Below are positions 25,309-35,179 of a stretch of DNA of 64,000 nucleotides, one piece after another. The first letter of the stretch is position 1. Every line of letters begins with the position of its first letter. The translations under genes and the position numbers were made by a program. The notes below the pieces were generated by a model. The model searched no databases and had not been told where the DNA came from. It saw only the letters and a list, made by a program, of their open reading frames with translations. This stretch comes from an uncultured Verrucomicrobiota bacterium (GTDB lineage: Bacteria > Verrucomicrobiota > Kiritimatiellia > RFP12 > UBA1067): positions 3,713 to 67,712 of the forward strand of contig CAMOCC010000003.1 of the NCBI GenBank assembly GCA_946610035.1, given 5' to 3'.

Positions 25309-26910
25309 ATGAAAAAACTCATCGTCCTTCTCTCTCTCTCCGCCGCGCTCGCCGCTTTGGCGGAATGCACCAGGATCGCCTGCATCGGCGATTCCATCAC
25401 CTACGGCCTCGGCCTCGCCGACCGCGCGAACGAGTCGTACCCGGCGCAGCTCCAGAAGATGCTCGAGGAGCTCGAGCCAGGCAAGTACGAGGTTCGCAAC
25501 TTCGGCAACTCAGGGCGCGGCATCTACCTCGACTCGATGCGCGGCAACGAGAAGCGCGGCTTCCGCTACATGCCCGAGCACAAGGCGGCCCTCGAATGGA
25601 AGCCCGACGTCGTCATCTGCAATCTCGGCATAAACGACAACGGCGAATACATCAAGGAGTACACCGGTGGACGCAGGCGCGGGCAGTTTGAAAGCGACTA
25701 CCTCGCGCTCCTCGACGACTACCGCAAGGCGAATCCAAAGGTGAAATTCGCCATTTGGACGAAGCTCTCGCCGCTCGCGGAAGGACAGAAATTCTATCGC
25801 AGCCCCGAGCCGTTCCTGATGCAGGCCGACCTTGAGGCGGTCGCGAAGAAGGTGAACGCAGTCGGCCTCGACATGCAGGAGCCGCTTCGTGAGAAGATGG
25901 ACGAAATCTTCGCCCGCGACAAGATCCACCCGAATGCAGAAGGCGCGCACATCATAGCAGAGCTGACTTTTGCGAAACTGTTCACCAAGCAATTTCCGTG
26001 CGCGCTTATGCCGGATATTAACAATTTAGTAAGTCTACCGCGTCAGGTTGAGGATGTGCCGCACGAAGTCTGGCTTTGCGTCGGTCAGTCGAACATGCAA
26101 AAGGGGTGGAACGAGTTTAACGCCACGCCGCAGGAGAAGGAACGCGTGAAGGGCGAGATGGCGCGGCTCGCGAAATGCCAGATATGGTTCTGGGACTTCA
26201 ACGACGGCAAATGGACGCAGTTGACGCCCGAAAACGCCATAAGAAAGAGCGCGTTTGGCGTGTCGTTCGTGATACGCCGTGCCGAGTCGACTGGCAAGGC
26301 AATCGCCATGCTCTACGTCGCTGCGGGCGGCGCGCCCACTGAATCGTTCCTCTCCGAGCAGACGATGTGCGCCATGGGCAAGGACGGCAAGCCACTTTAT
26401 CCGCATCTCGCCGCGATCGCGACGAACCGCCACCGTCTCGACCAGAACAGGGATTTCCCGTGCGCCTGGGTCGCTCGCGAGTATCAGCGGCGCCGCGCAA
26501 ACAAGGAAGAAGCCTATTGGTGGCCCGTGTCGAAGATGTACGACGAAGGTGTCAAGCGCATAAAGGAAAGCGGCGTCAATATCGACGGCATCCTCTGGTA
26601 CCAGGGCGAGTCGAACGCCACGACATGCGTCGCGCCCGACACGCCGACCGACCGCGACTACCAGCTCGAGACGCTTCGCGCCCTCGTCTCGGAGCTGCGC
26701 GGAGACAGGAAGATTCCGTTCATTGTGATGGGACTCCCGAAGATGAACCGTTCGTGGGAGCAGTACCGCGCCGTACAGCGCGAGGTCTGCGACGAGACGG
26801 GCGCGATCTTCGTCGACACGTTCGCCGCGGGGCTGGGCGATCCGAACGACGTGCATCCGCGCGACAAGATACCCTTCGCCGAACTGGCCGTCAAGGCGAT
26901 TGACGATTGA
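25309..26910 (+). CDS. Secreted two-domain carbohydrate esterase: SGNH/GDSL hydrolase + sialate O-acetylesterase-like (SASA) domain
   Basis: Signal peptide. GDSL block RIACIGDSITYG with a later DKIHPN. Second domain VWLCVGQSNMQKGW and WYQGESN. Confidence 0.75.
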   Translation: MKKLIVLLSLSAALAALAECTRIACIGDSITYGLGLADRANESYPAQLQKMLEELEPGKYEVRNFGNSGRGIYLDSMRGNEKRGFRYMPEHKAALEWKPDVVICNLGINDNGEYIKEYTGGRRRGQFESDYLALLDDYRKANPKVKFAIWTKLSPLAEGQKFYRSPEPFLMQADLEAVAKKVNAVGLDMQEPLREKMDEIFARDKIHPNAEGAHIIAELTFAKLFTKQFPCALMPDINNLVSLPRQVEDVPHEVWLCVGQSNMQKGWNEFNATPQEKERVKGEMARLAKCQIWFWDFNDGKWTQLTPENAIRKSAFGVSFVIRRAESTGKAIAMLYVAAGGAPTESFLSEQTMCAMGKDGKPLYPHLAAIATNRHRLDQNRDFPCAWVAREYQRRRANKEEAYWWPVSKMYDEGVKRIKESGVNIDGILWYQGESNATTCVAPDTPTDRDYQLETLRALVSELRGDRKIPFIVMGLPKMNRSWEQYRAVQREVCDETGAIFVDTFAAGLGDPNDVHPRDKIPFAELAVKAIDD

Positions 26911-26921
26911 CGCCAACCACC

Positions 26922-27506
26922 ATGTACAAACTTGTCGAAATCTTCGAGTCGTTGCAGGGCGAGGGGCGCAACACGGGGCGTCCGTGCGTCTTCGTGCGAT
27001 TCGCGGGCTGCAATCTGTCGTGTCCATGGTGCGATACCGACGTGAAGCCTCGCTTTTCCCTCTCGCTCGACGACATCCTCGCCGAGGTGGGTCGATACAA
27101 GGCGAAGAGCGTGATCCTGACGGGCGGGGAGCCGACCCTTGTGGAGGAGATGCCGGAACTCGTGGCCGCGCTGAAGCGCGAAGGCTACTGGATCGCGGTG
27201 GAGACGAACGGAACCGCAGAGCCGGACTGGTTCCAGTTTCTGGACTACGTCGCCTGTTCGCCGAAGGCGGAGTTTGCGGACCGCGTGGTCCTGACACGCG
27301 CGGACGAGGTGCGCGTCGTCGCGTCCTCCGAGGCGGCTGCGGACTTCTGCCGCGCCATTCGCGGGAGGATATCGGCTGCTGACTACTACGTTTCGCCGTG
27401 CGACCGCGGCGGTGAAATAGACTTCGCGCTTGCGAAGTCCGTCCTCTCCCGGCTTGACGGATGGTCCCTCTCCGTCCAGCTCCACAAGATACTCGGCTTC
27501 CGCTGA
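26922..27506 (+). CDS. queE: 7-carboxy-7-deazaguanine synthase (radical SAM)
   Basis: MYKLVEIFESLQGEGRNTGRPCVFVRFAGCNLSCPWCDT, the QueE signature with the CxxxCxxC variant. Confidence 0.85.
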   Translation: MYKLVEIFESLQGEGRNTGRPCVFVRFAGCNLSCPWCDTDVKPRFSLSLDDILAEVGRYKAKSVILTGGEPTLVEEMPELVAALKREGYWIAVETNGTAEPDWFQFLDYVACSPKAEFADRVVLTRADEVRVVASSEAAADFCRAIRGRISAADYYVSPCDRGGEIDFALAKSVLSRLDGWSLSVQLHKILGFR

Positions 27507-27640
27507 GACGGATGAAGGAGAGGCCCTTGCGGTACGGCCGTGCATCGAAAATCGATTCAGCGCCTCGGAGGGGAAGGATCTGGTTTGAATGCGGCACCCC
27601 GTAAAAAATGGTCGCATTTCTGCATGAAGAGACCAATTTA

Positions 27641-27649
27641 TGGTATAAT
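27641..27649 (+). promoter_or_regulatory. Extended -10 promoter TGGTATAAT for the three-paralog cluster
   Basis: Exact motif. The leader carries a strong SD AAGGGAGGA before the ATG at 27678. Confidence 0.55.
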
Positions 27650-27677
27650 ATAGGCGAAACAAGGGAGGACCTTTGCC

Positions 27678-28244
27678 ATGGCAAGTATTATCGACCGTAT
27701 CGAGGTCGCTGCCGACCGTATCGGCGGTGAATGGGGGGTGAGCGCCTACGACTACAACCTGAACGGGGTTCATAAGGACCTCCAGGACATGCTCGTCGTC
27801 ATTTCCCAGAACCGCGCCACTGCTATCGAGGCCGAAGTGCAGCCTCTTCAGACCATCATCAACCGCCGGAACGAGAAGCTTGAGAAGTATGGTACGGTGC
27901 TCGCCAAGCTCACCGAACTTCAGGGCCTCTACACCGACGACGACCGGGGCAACAGATCCGTCGGCATCGGCAACACAATCAGCTCGGCCGACTTCGAGGC
28001 GATCATGAAGGAGTGCGGCTACGAGGGGTTCCTCTCAGGCTCGACTCTTACCATGAACAAGGCGAGCTGCGACGGCGCCGTGTCGCGAGTCAAGAGCGGT
28101 GTGGACGAGATGAACAACGCCGCGCAGAAGGACATGACGCGCCTGCAGTCAATAGTCGACCGCCGCGACGAGGCGTACACCACCGCTACGACGATGATGA
28201 CTGCGGTGAGCGACACCAGGTCGAGCTTGATAAAGAACTTGTAG
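27678..28244 (+). CDS. Helical protein, paralog 1 of 3; C-terminal helix resembles T3SS needle/filament-type proteins
   Basis: 188 aa with no signal peptide or TM segment. C-terminus AAQKDMTRLQSIVDRRDEAYTTATTMMTAVSDTRSSLIKNL. Confidence 0.6.
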   Translation: MASIIDRIEVAADRIGGEWGVSAYDYNLNGVHKDLQDMLVVISQNRATAIEAEVQPLQTIINRRNEKLEKYGTVLAKLTELQGLYTDDDRGNRSVGIGNTISSADFEAIMKECGYEGFLSGSTLTMNKASCDGAVSRVKSGVDEMNNAAQKDMTRLQSIVDRRDEAYTTATTMMTAVSDTRSSLIKNL

Positions 28245-28300
28245 CGAATGTAAAATGGCGGTGGAGGTTTTGTTTCGTCGTAAGGGGGAGAAGATCATCT

Positions 28301-28873
28301 ATGGCTAAGATAGAGTCAGTGTCATTGCATGAGATGACTGTTTCCGACGGTGCGGGCAACGCCACGCAGGTCGGCAGCGTCAATCTCTACAACTACGCCG
28401 GCATGGAGGGTCTCACCCTCGGCCAGCTCGTGAACGCCGTTTGCGTCCATGCGGGCGTCGCCATCGAGGACCAGACGGTGAACAAGATGAACATCATCAC
28501 CGTCAACTCCCGCAGGCTGAGGGCTGAGTCCGAAGTGATCGAGAACATTATCGCCCAGACCGGCAACTACGATTCGAAGCTGACCGCGTTGGGGTACGAG
28601 GGGATGACATACCGCGACTTCCTCCAGAACGAGCTCAAGCTGACGATCGGCGGCGACGGGACGCTTCCTGCGTCGCTCGACAGCTACAACGACCGCATGA
28701 AGGCGTTCGCCGCGCTGAAGGAGAAGCTAAATTCCGACGCGACCGCCTCGCAGCAGGACATGATCGACCTCCAGACATACGAGTCGCGGCGCGACGTAGT
28801 CTACTCGACGGCGACGAACATCGTCAAGAACACCGGCATGACGAAGCAGATGACGGTGGCGAACCTGCGATAG
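28301..28873 (+). CDS. Helical protein, paralog 2 of 3
   Basis: Start MAKIESVSL at 28301 after SD AAGGGGGAG. C-terminus SQQDMIDLQTYESRRDVVYSTATNIVKNTGMTKQMTVANLR. Shares the L(T/S)LGQLV.A.C block with paralog 3. Confidence 0.6.
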   Translation: MAKIESVSLHEMTVSDGAGNATQVGSVNLYNYAGMEGLTLGQLVNAVCVHAGVAIEDQTVNKMNIITVNSRRLRAESEVIENIIAQTGNYDSKLTALGYEGMTYRDFLQNELKLTIGGDGTLPASLDSYNDRMKAFAALKEKLNSDATASQQDMIDLQTYESRRDVVYSTATNIVKNTGMTKQMTVANLR

Positions 28874-28920
28874 AAACAATGATGTCGATTGGGGTTTGAA
28901 ACCAAACAAGGGAGATAACA

Positions 28921-29499
28921 ATGGACTTTACGACAGATGCGATAACCTTGAGCCTCAGGAACGCCGAGACGGGCAAGCCGCTCACGGCGAACGTGTACGA
29001 CGTCACGCTCGACAACGGCATCACGCGCACGATGTCCCTCGGCCAGCTCGTCATGGCCATATGCCTCAAGCGGGCGACCGAGAAGGAGGCCGATGTCGTC
29101 GCGATCATGGAGCAGATGGCGCGCGTCACCGCCAACATCGAGGCGATATCCGACATCGAGAAGAAGCTCCTCGACCTGGAAGACGGCGCGACGATAAACT
29201 CCCTCGTCGGCAGCTGGACGGTGTCCTGGACCGACGATCAGGGCGTTGTGCATGAGACGACGTTCATGAACGCCCAGACTGCGCTTAACAGGCTGGGCAT
29301 AACGGCGAACACGTCCATGACGAACGATGCGATCATCGCGAACATCGAATCCAAGCTGGACGAGCTCAACACGATGTCCCAGGAGCAGATGATCACGCTC
29401 CAGAGCGAGACGAACAAGCGCGACCAGAGCTACGAGATGATCTCCAACATCCTCAAGAGCCTCTTCACTGTGATGACGGGCGTCGCCAACAACGTCTAG
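28921..29499 (+). CDS. Helical protein, paralog 3 of 3
   Basis: 192 aa, SD AAGGGAGA. C-terminus SQEQMITLQSETNKRDQSYEMISNILKSLFTVMTGVANNV. Confidence 0.6.
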   Translation: MDFTTDAITLSLRNAETGKPLTANVYDVTLDNGITRTMSLGQLVMAICLKRATEKEADVVAIMEQMARVTANIEAISDIEKKLLDLEDGATINSLVGSWTVSWTDDQGVVHETTFMNAQTALNRLGITANTSMTNDAIIANIESKLDELNTMSQEQMITLQSETNKRDQSYEMISNILKSLFTVMTGVANNV

Positions 29500-29603
29500 C
29501 GCCCTCGTCTGCGCGTTCTCCCTGACTAAGACCTGGTCCGTGGTGATCCCCGGTCTTTTCATATTGTTCAGGGAACTGAGTGTTGAACTGACGGGGTTAG
29601 AAA

Positions 29604-29612
29604 TGATATAAT
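29604..29612 (+). promoter_or_regulatory. Extended -10 promoter TGATATAAT for serS
   Basis: TGaTATAAT at 29604-29612. SD AGGAGA, then the ATG at 29638. Confidence 0.5.
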
Positions 29613-29637
29613 ATCCCCCAACAGGAGAAAAACCGAA

Positions 29638-30921
29638 ATGATCGACATCAAGAAGCTGAGGGATGATTTTGACAACACCGTGGCCGCCCTTGCGCGGCGC
29701 GGAGTGGAGAAGGGGCGCCTTGAGAAGGCGCGCGACCTGGACGCGAAGCGCCGTGCGCTCGTGGCCGAGACGGAGACGCTCAAGGCGAAGCGCAACGCCG
29801 CCTCCAAGGAGATCGGCAAGATCGCCGCGCAGGGAGGGGACATCGCCGCCGCCAAGGCCGAGATGCGCGCCGTGGGCGACCGCATCGCCGAGATCGACAA
29901 GGAGCTCGCGACGGTCGAGCACGACCTCAGGGAGACTCTCCTCATGATCCCCAACATCCCCGCCCCGGAGATTCCGACCGGCCTCGACTCCACTGCCAAC
30001 AAGGTCGTCCGCCTCGTCGGCGAGTGGAAGGACCCCGACTTCAAGATCCTCGACCACATGACAGTCGGCGAGAGGCTCGGCATCTTCGACTTCCCGCGCG
30101 GCGTCAAGCTCACCGGCACGGGCTTCCCGATCATCCTCGGGCAGGGCGCCAAGCTCCAGCGCGCGCTCATCCAGTACATGCTCGATCTCCACTGCCAGAA
30201 GCAGGGCTACACCGAGATGCTGCCGCCGTTCGTCGTCAATTCCGACTCGATGACGGGCACGGGCCAGCTTCCGAAGTTCGCCGAGGACCTCTACCACTGC
30301 CAAATCGACGACTTCTGGCTCATTCCGACCGCCGAGGTCCCTGTCACGAACTACTACCGCGACGACATCCTCGACGGGAAGAGCCTCCCCATCAAGCTTA
30401 CGGCCTACACGCCGTGCTTCCGCCGCGAGGCGGGGTCCGCCGGCAAGATGACGCGCGGCATGCTCCGCGTCCACCAGTTCGACAAGGTTGAGATGGTGAA
30501 CTTCGTCCATCCGGACCACAGCTTCGAGCAGCTCGAGGTCCTCGTCAAGGAGGCGGAGGACGTCCTTACGGGGCTCGGGCTCCACTTCCGCGTACTCCAG
30601 CTCTGCTCGGGCGACATGGGCTTCTCCGCCGCGAAGTGCTACGACCTCGAGCTCTGGGCGCCGGGCGAGCAGCAGTGGCTCGAGGTCTCGTCCTGCTCCT
30701 GTTTCACGGACTACCAGGCACGCCGCCTCAACTGCCGCTTCAAGGATCCTGCGGACGGCAAGACGAAGCTCGTCCACACGCTGAACGGTTCCGGCGTCGC
30801 GCTCCCGCGCCTCATGGTCGCGCTTCTCGAGCAGCACCAGAACGCGGACGGTTCGGTCACGATACCGGAAGTGCTCCGTCCGTACATGAACGGACAGGAG
30901 AGGCTCCTCCCCGTTAAGTAA
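29638..30921 (+). CDS. serS: Seryl-tRNA synthetase
   Basis: 427 aa. N-terminal coiled-coil arm and class II motifs (FRRE, GSG..LPR). Confidence 0.93.
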   Translation: MIDIKKLRDDFDNTVAALARRGVEKGRLEKARDLDAKRRALVAETETLKAKRNAASKEIGKIAAQGGDIAAAKAEMRAVGDRIAEIDKELATVEHDLRETLLMIPNIPAPEIPTGLDSTANKVVRLVGEWKDPDFKILDHMTVGERLGIFDFPRGVKLTGTGFPIILGQGAKLQRALIQYMLDLHCQKQGYTEMLPPFVVNSDSMTGTGQLPKFAEDLYHCQIDDFWLIPTAEVPVTNYYRDDILDGKSLPIKLTAYTPCFRREAGSAGKMTRGMLRVHQFDKVEMVNFVHPDHSFEQLEVLVKEAEDVLTGLGLHFRVLQLCSGDMGFSAAKCYDLELWAPGEQQWLEVSSCSCFTDYQARRLNCRFKDPADGKTKLVHTLNGSGVALPRLMVALLEQHQNADGSVTIPEVLRPYMNGQERLLPVK

Positions 30922-30932
30922 GGAACGTCTCT

Positions 30933-32357
30933 ATGAAAGCCCTGATCCTCGCCGCCCTCGCTCCCATTGCAGCCGTCGGCTCCGAGTCCCCCAAGGCCGT
31001 TGCCGAATCCGTTGACGCCGCCGACGAAACGGGTGTCTTCTCCTTTGACGCGGGCGCCGACCTGCGCATCCGCCAGGAGATAATGCACAACGTGCCGCAG
31101 CTCCCCGGCGGCGGCATGATCAGCCGTCCCGGCGTCTCGCGCGCAAAGACGAAGAACCAGATGCGGTTCCGTCCGCGCGTCTGGGCCGAGGTCAAGGCGG
31201 GCGACCACTGGCGGCTCTACGGCAGGCTCAACGACGAGTTCCGAGCGGGGCTCGTCCAGCCGACACACGCGACGACGTGGCCGGGCGAAGTGGTCGTCGA
31301 CAACTTGTACCTGGAGGGCATGGGACTATTCGATGATGCGACGAGCTGGTTCGATTCGCTGGACGTTTGGGTGGGTCGGCAGGACCTCTACCGTCTCTAC
31401 GGACTCGACCACATTTTCGTGGACGGCACTGCCGGAGACGGGTCGCGTTCGACGTATGCCGACATGGTGCGCCTTGCGCTCCACTTCGACGAGGTGACGC
31501 GGCTCGATGTGTTCGCTCTCCTGAACAAGGACCGCGAGTATATGCGCCTTGGAACCCACCGCAGCTACGAGGCGACGCAGCTCACTGGGCTCGGCGGCAA
31601 CGACACGGAGATGGACGACTGGGGCTTCGGCGCGGTCTTCAGTTCCGCCGTGGAGGCTCTCGACTACCAGCTCTTCGCAATCCAGAAGAACACGGCCAGC
31701 TTCCACAGAAGGGGAGAGAAGCACCCCCGCCGTCAGGTGAACCTCCTGGGGACGAAGCTTGTCCCCCACTGGACTTCGAACTTCTCCACACCGATTGAGT
31801 TGATGACCCAGGTTGGCGAGAACGGGGCGGACGAATCGCTGAGCGCATGGGCTGCGTACGCGGGCGTCTCGTGGAAGGACAAGGACGCAAAGGGCTGGAA
31901 GCCGTTCTTCGACGGCGGGCTCCTCGCCCTGAGCGGCGACAAGGACGCGGCTGACGAAGACGGAGGAAGGCACGGGTGGGACCCGATGTGGTACCGCGGC
32001 GTCGACGACTCCGAGATGATGCTCTACGGGACGACTTACGGCGTCGGCTGGTGGTCCAACATGTACAACCTGAAGGGCGTGGCGGGCGTCGAGTTCGCGC
32101 CGCACCACTCCGCAAGGCTCATGGCGGGACCCATGTTCGCGCAGGAAAAGGACGGCCTTGGCGGCGGGAGCGGCATGTACAAGGGCTTCCTCACGCAGGC
32201 CCGCTACGACTTCCCGCTATGGAGCGCGGACAGGGACAAGGGCGAGAGATTCGAGATTTTCGGGCATATCCTGGCGGAGTGGTTCAACCCCGGCGACTAC
32301 TTTGACACCGACAAGCCGGCGTATTTCGTGAGATGGCAGATCGACTTCAAGTTCTGA
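30933..32357 (+). CDS. Putative outer-membrane beta-barrel protein
   Basis: Signal peptide MKALILAALAPIAAVGS. Alternating aromatic/Gly-rich pattern. C-terminal ...VRWQIDFKF (terminal Phe). Confidence 0.55.
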   Translation: MKALILAALAPIAAVGSESPKAVAESVDAADETGVFSFDAGADLRIRQEIMHNVPQLPGGGMISRPGVSRAKTKNQMRFRPRVWAEVKAGDHWRLYGRLNDEFRAGLVQPTHATTWPGEVVVDNLYLEGMGLFDDATSWFDSLDVWVGRQDLYRLYGLDHIFVDGTAGDGSRSTYADMVRLALHFDEVTRLDVFALLNKDREYMRLGTHRSYEATQLTGLGGNDTEMDDWGFGAVFSSAVEALDYQLFAIQKNTASFHRRGEKHPRRQVNLLGTKLVPHWTSNFSTPIELMTQVGENGADESLSAWAAYAGVSWKDKDAKGWKPFFDGGLLALSGDKDAADEDGGRHGWDPMWYRGVDDSEMMLYGTTYGVGWWSNMYNLKGVAGVEFAPHHSARLMAGPMFAQEKDGLGGGSGMYKGFLTQARYDFPLWSADRDKGERFEIFGHILAEWFNPGDYFDTDKPAYFVRWQIDFKF

Positions 32358-33130
32358 GTGGAAAGTACCGCGCATACGTAGACGCATACCGCGAGGCGGA
32401 CGGGAAGCTGCCGGACATGATGCAGCTGAAGCTCGTCCACACGATGGGCGTCGTCGCAGCCGCCAAGCGCATTGCGAGGGAGGAGGGTTTCGACCCCGTC
32501 GCAGCAGTCGCGGCCGAGGCTGCGGCGTTGCTCCACGACACTGGGCGCTACGAGCAGCTGAAGCGCTACAACACGTTCCGCGATTCCGATTCCGTGGACC
32601 ATGCCGTCTTCTCCCACGACATAGTGAAGGAGCGTGGCTGGCTCGACGATTGGCCCGAGAGGGACGCGATTCTCACGGCCGTGCTCGTCCACAACAGGCG
32701 CGAGATACCGTCCGCAACGATGGACGAGCTGACGCTCACCTGCTCCAGGACCGTGCGGGATGCGGACAAGCTGGACATATTCCGCGTACTCGAGGATCAG
32801 ATCGCGAACCATGACTGGCGCCACGATTCGCGCGCCTTCTGGAACCTCGCAACGGAGGCGCCGCCGAATCCGGTTGTCGTAAATTGCATAAAAGAGGGGA
32901 AACCCGTCGATTATCAAGACATATCGTGCCTTTCGGACTTCGTGCTCATACAGGTTGGATGGATGATATCAGGCCTTGAATACGAGACTTCGCGCAGGAT
33001 GTGCGCAGAACGCGGGCACCTCAAGTTCCGCCGCGAATTCATGCACCAGCTGACCGACTCGTCCGCGATAGACGAAATATGCGACATTGCGGATCGCGTT
33101 CTTTCCTCCCCCAGGTCCGGCGATTTATGA
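32333..33130 (+). CDS. HD-domain phosphohydrolase
   Basis: HTMGV ... LLHDTGRYEQ ... VHN, an HD superfamily pattern. The start is uncertain (25-nt overlap with the upstream gene). Confidence 0.7.
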   Translation: MADRLQVLSGKYRAYVDAYREADGKLPDMMQLKLVHTMGVVAAAKRIAREEGFDPVAAVAAEAAALLHDTGRYEQLKRYNTFRDSDSVDHAVFSHDIVKERGWLDDWPERDAILTAVLVHNRREIPSATMDELTLTCSRTVRDADKLDIFRVLEDQIANHDWRHDSRAFWNLATEAPPNPVVVNCIKEGKPVDYQDISCLSDFVLIQVGWMISGLEYETSRRMCAERGHLKFRREFMHQLTDSSAIDEICDIADRVLSSPRSGDL

Positions 33131-33136
33131 TATAAT
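33128..33136 (+). promoter_or_regulatory. Extended -10 promoter TGATATAAT; apparent leaderless nrnA
   Basis: Motif at 33128-33136, with the ATG at 33147 (10-nt gap). Confidence 0.55.
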
Positions 33137-33146
33137 AAGCGGCCAA

Positions 33147-34205
33147 ATGGGAGAGAGTAAGAGAGAGAACTACGGTGCTGCGAAGCGCCTGATCGAAGGC
33201 GCCCGCCGCATTCTCATATCGGGGCATCTGAGTCCCGACGGAGATTCGCTCGGCTCGATGATTGCGCTGGCGCGGCTTTTGACGAACGCAGGCAAGGACG
33301 CATACGCGACGGCTGACGTAAATGCGCTCGGCAAGCCCGGCTTCCTCGACGGCGTGGACAGGCTTATACCGGTCAGGAAGCTGAAGCACAGGCGTTTCGA
33401 CCTCTTCATCGCCGTTGATTGCAGCGGCTTCTCCCGCATGCCGCCTGAGGTCAAGCCGGTCGCCGAGAAGCTGCCCGCTATATGCATAGACCACCATGTG
33501 ACGAATGACGGCACCTTCGGCGATGTTCAGATCGTCGACCCGGGCGCGTCGAGCGCCGGCGAAATAGTATGGCGGTTTGCAAAGTGGATGGAATGGAAGC
33601 TCGACCTTGCGATTGCGGAGGCGTTGTGGGTCGCGATGGTGACGGATTCCGGCAGGTTCGCCTACGACTCGACCAAGCCGGGCACTCTCCGTGCTGCAGG
33701 CGACCTGCTCAAGTACGGCGTGAGGACGGCCTTCATAAACGACGTCATCTACGGTTCCTTCTCGCGCAAGTCGATAGAGCTCAAGAAGCGGGCGTGGAAG
33801 TCGCTCCACATCTGGAAGAACCGCAAGGTCGCCGAAGTGTCGCTGACGCGCGACGATTTCAGGTCCGTCCGCGGCAACAAGGCGGATGCGGAGGACATCA
33901 TCGAGATTCCGCGCTCAGTCGCGAAGAACGAGATTGCGCTTTTCTTCTACCAGATACCGGACCGCACACGCGAGACGCGCTGTTCCATAAGGACGCGCGG
34001 CGACTGGGACGCGACTGAGCTCGCCGCGAAGTTCGGCGGCGGCGGGCACCGCCGTGCGGCCGGTTGCACAATCAAGGCGACGATGGGCACGGCCAAGCTC
34101 CAGATGCGTTCCGCCGTCAAGGAGATGTTCAAGAACGCCTGCAAGAAGACGTCGCGAATCGTCCTCGACGCGCCGCTGCCGAATTCTGGGACGCCCGCAT
34201 CGTGA
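33147..34205 (+). CDS. nrnA: DHH/DHHA1 phosphoesterase (NrnA-like oligoribonuclease / pAp phosphatase)
   Basis: HLSPDGDSLGS, AVDCS, IDHHVTN and GGGHRRAAG motifs. Confidence 0.85.
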   Translation: MGESKRENYGAAKRLIEGARRILISGHLSPDGDSLGSMIALARLLTNAGKDAYATADVNALGKPGFLDGVDRLIPVRKLKHRRFDLFIAVDCSGFSRMPPEVKPVAEKLPAICIDHHVTNDGTFGDVQIVDPGASSAGEIVWRFAKWMEWKLDLAIAEALWVAMVTDSGRFAYDSTKPGTLRAAGDLLKYGVRTAFINDVIYGSFSRKSIELKKRAWKSLHIWKNRKVAEVSLTRDDFRSVRGNKADAEDIIEIPRSVAKNEIALFFYQIPDRTRETRCSIRTRGDWDATELAAKFGGGGHRRAAGCTIKATMGTAKLQMRSAVKEMFKNACKKTSRIVLDAPLPNSGTPAS

Positions 34206-34241
34206 TACGCATTTTTCCGACTGCAAGGAAGGTTTGCTTCA

Positions 34242-35177
34242 ATGACAAGAGTTTTGATTCTTACGGACGGCAAGGCGGGTCATGAAAACCAGTCCAAGGC
34301 GTTCGTCCGCTCCCTCGGGCTCCAGTACGATCTTCTGCCCGTCCGCTTCAAGTCGAAGTTCCACAAGGCTCTTTCCTACCTCCTCGACCATCTTGGCGTG
34401 AGGACGATGTCCCTCTGGACGACGGCGGACGGCGCGGCGGTCGACTTGAAGGCGATGGACTACGCCGCGGTGGTTGGCACTGGGAGCGGGACGTTCTATC
34501 CGGCGAAGTCGCTCGCGCGCAGGCTCGGTGCGAGGTGCGGCGTCGTCCTATATCCGCGCGGATACGACGTAAATTCCTTCGACTGCATCCTCGCCCCGGA
34601 GTTCGACAACCCGGCGTCCGCGCCGAACATCGTGAAGATTCCGGCGAACCTCGTGGCGAACGACGAGGCGTTCTACGAAAAGGGCGTGGCGGACTTCAAG
34701 TCCCGCCACGAGCCGTCGGACCGTCCGGCGTTCGCCGTCGTCATCGGCGGACCCAACGCGTGCTCCACAATGTCCGTACCCTGGCTCAAGGCGAAGCTTG
34801 ATTCGATATTCGAGGATTCCAAGGCCTGCGAGCACTGGGTTACGACCTCCAGGCGCACCCCACCCGAGGTCGAGGCCCTCGTCGACTCGTATCCATGGGA
34901 CTACAAGCTCATCTACTCGAAGGATCATTTCAATCCTATCCCCGCGTTCGTCATGCTCGCAAGGCGGCTCTACGTGACGGCTGAATCTACGGGCATGCTA
35001 TCGGAGGCCTGCACGTGCGGGTCCGCCGAGGTCTATGCGCTCGACAACCTGAACCCCGGTCCGCACAAGTTCCGCCGCTTCCTCGAGAACCTTGCGGCGG
35101 GCGGATACGTCGAGGGCAACCGCAAGGTCGACCTTTCACCGCAGATTGCCGAGGCTCGCAGGCTCCTCGGAATCTGA
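34242..35177 (+). CDS. ELM1/DUF1022-family putative glycosyltransferase
   Basis: MTRVLILTDGKAGHENQSKAF N-terminus plus ...VTAESTGMLSEA, typical of the ELM1-like family. Confidence 0.6.
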   Translation: MTRVLILTDGKAGHENQSKAFVRSLGLQYDLLPVRFKSKFHKALSYLLDHLGVRTMSLWTTADGAAVDLKAMDYAAVVGTGSGTFYPAKSLARRLGARCGVVLYPRGYDVNSFDCILAPEFDNPASAPNIVKIPANLVANDEAFYEKGVADFKSRHEPSDRPAFAVVIGGPNACSTMSVPWLKAKLDSIFEDSKACEHWVTTSRRTPPEVEALVDSYPWDYKLIYSKDHFNPIPAFVMLARRLYVTAESTGMLSEACTCGSAEVYALDNLNPGPHKFRRFLENLAAGGYVEGNRKVDLSPQIAEARRLLGI

Positions 35178-35179
35178 AG

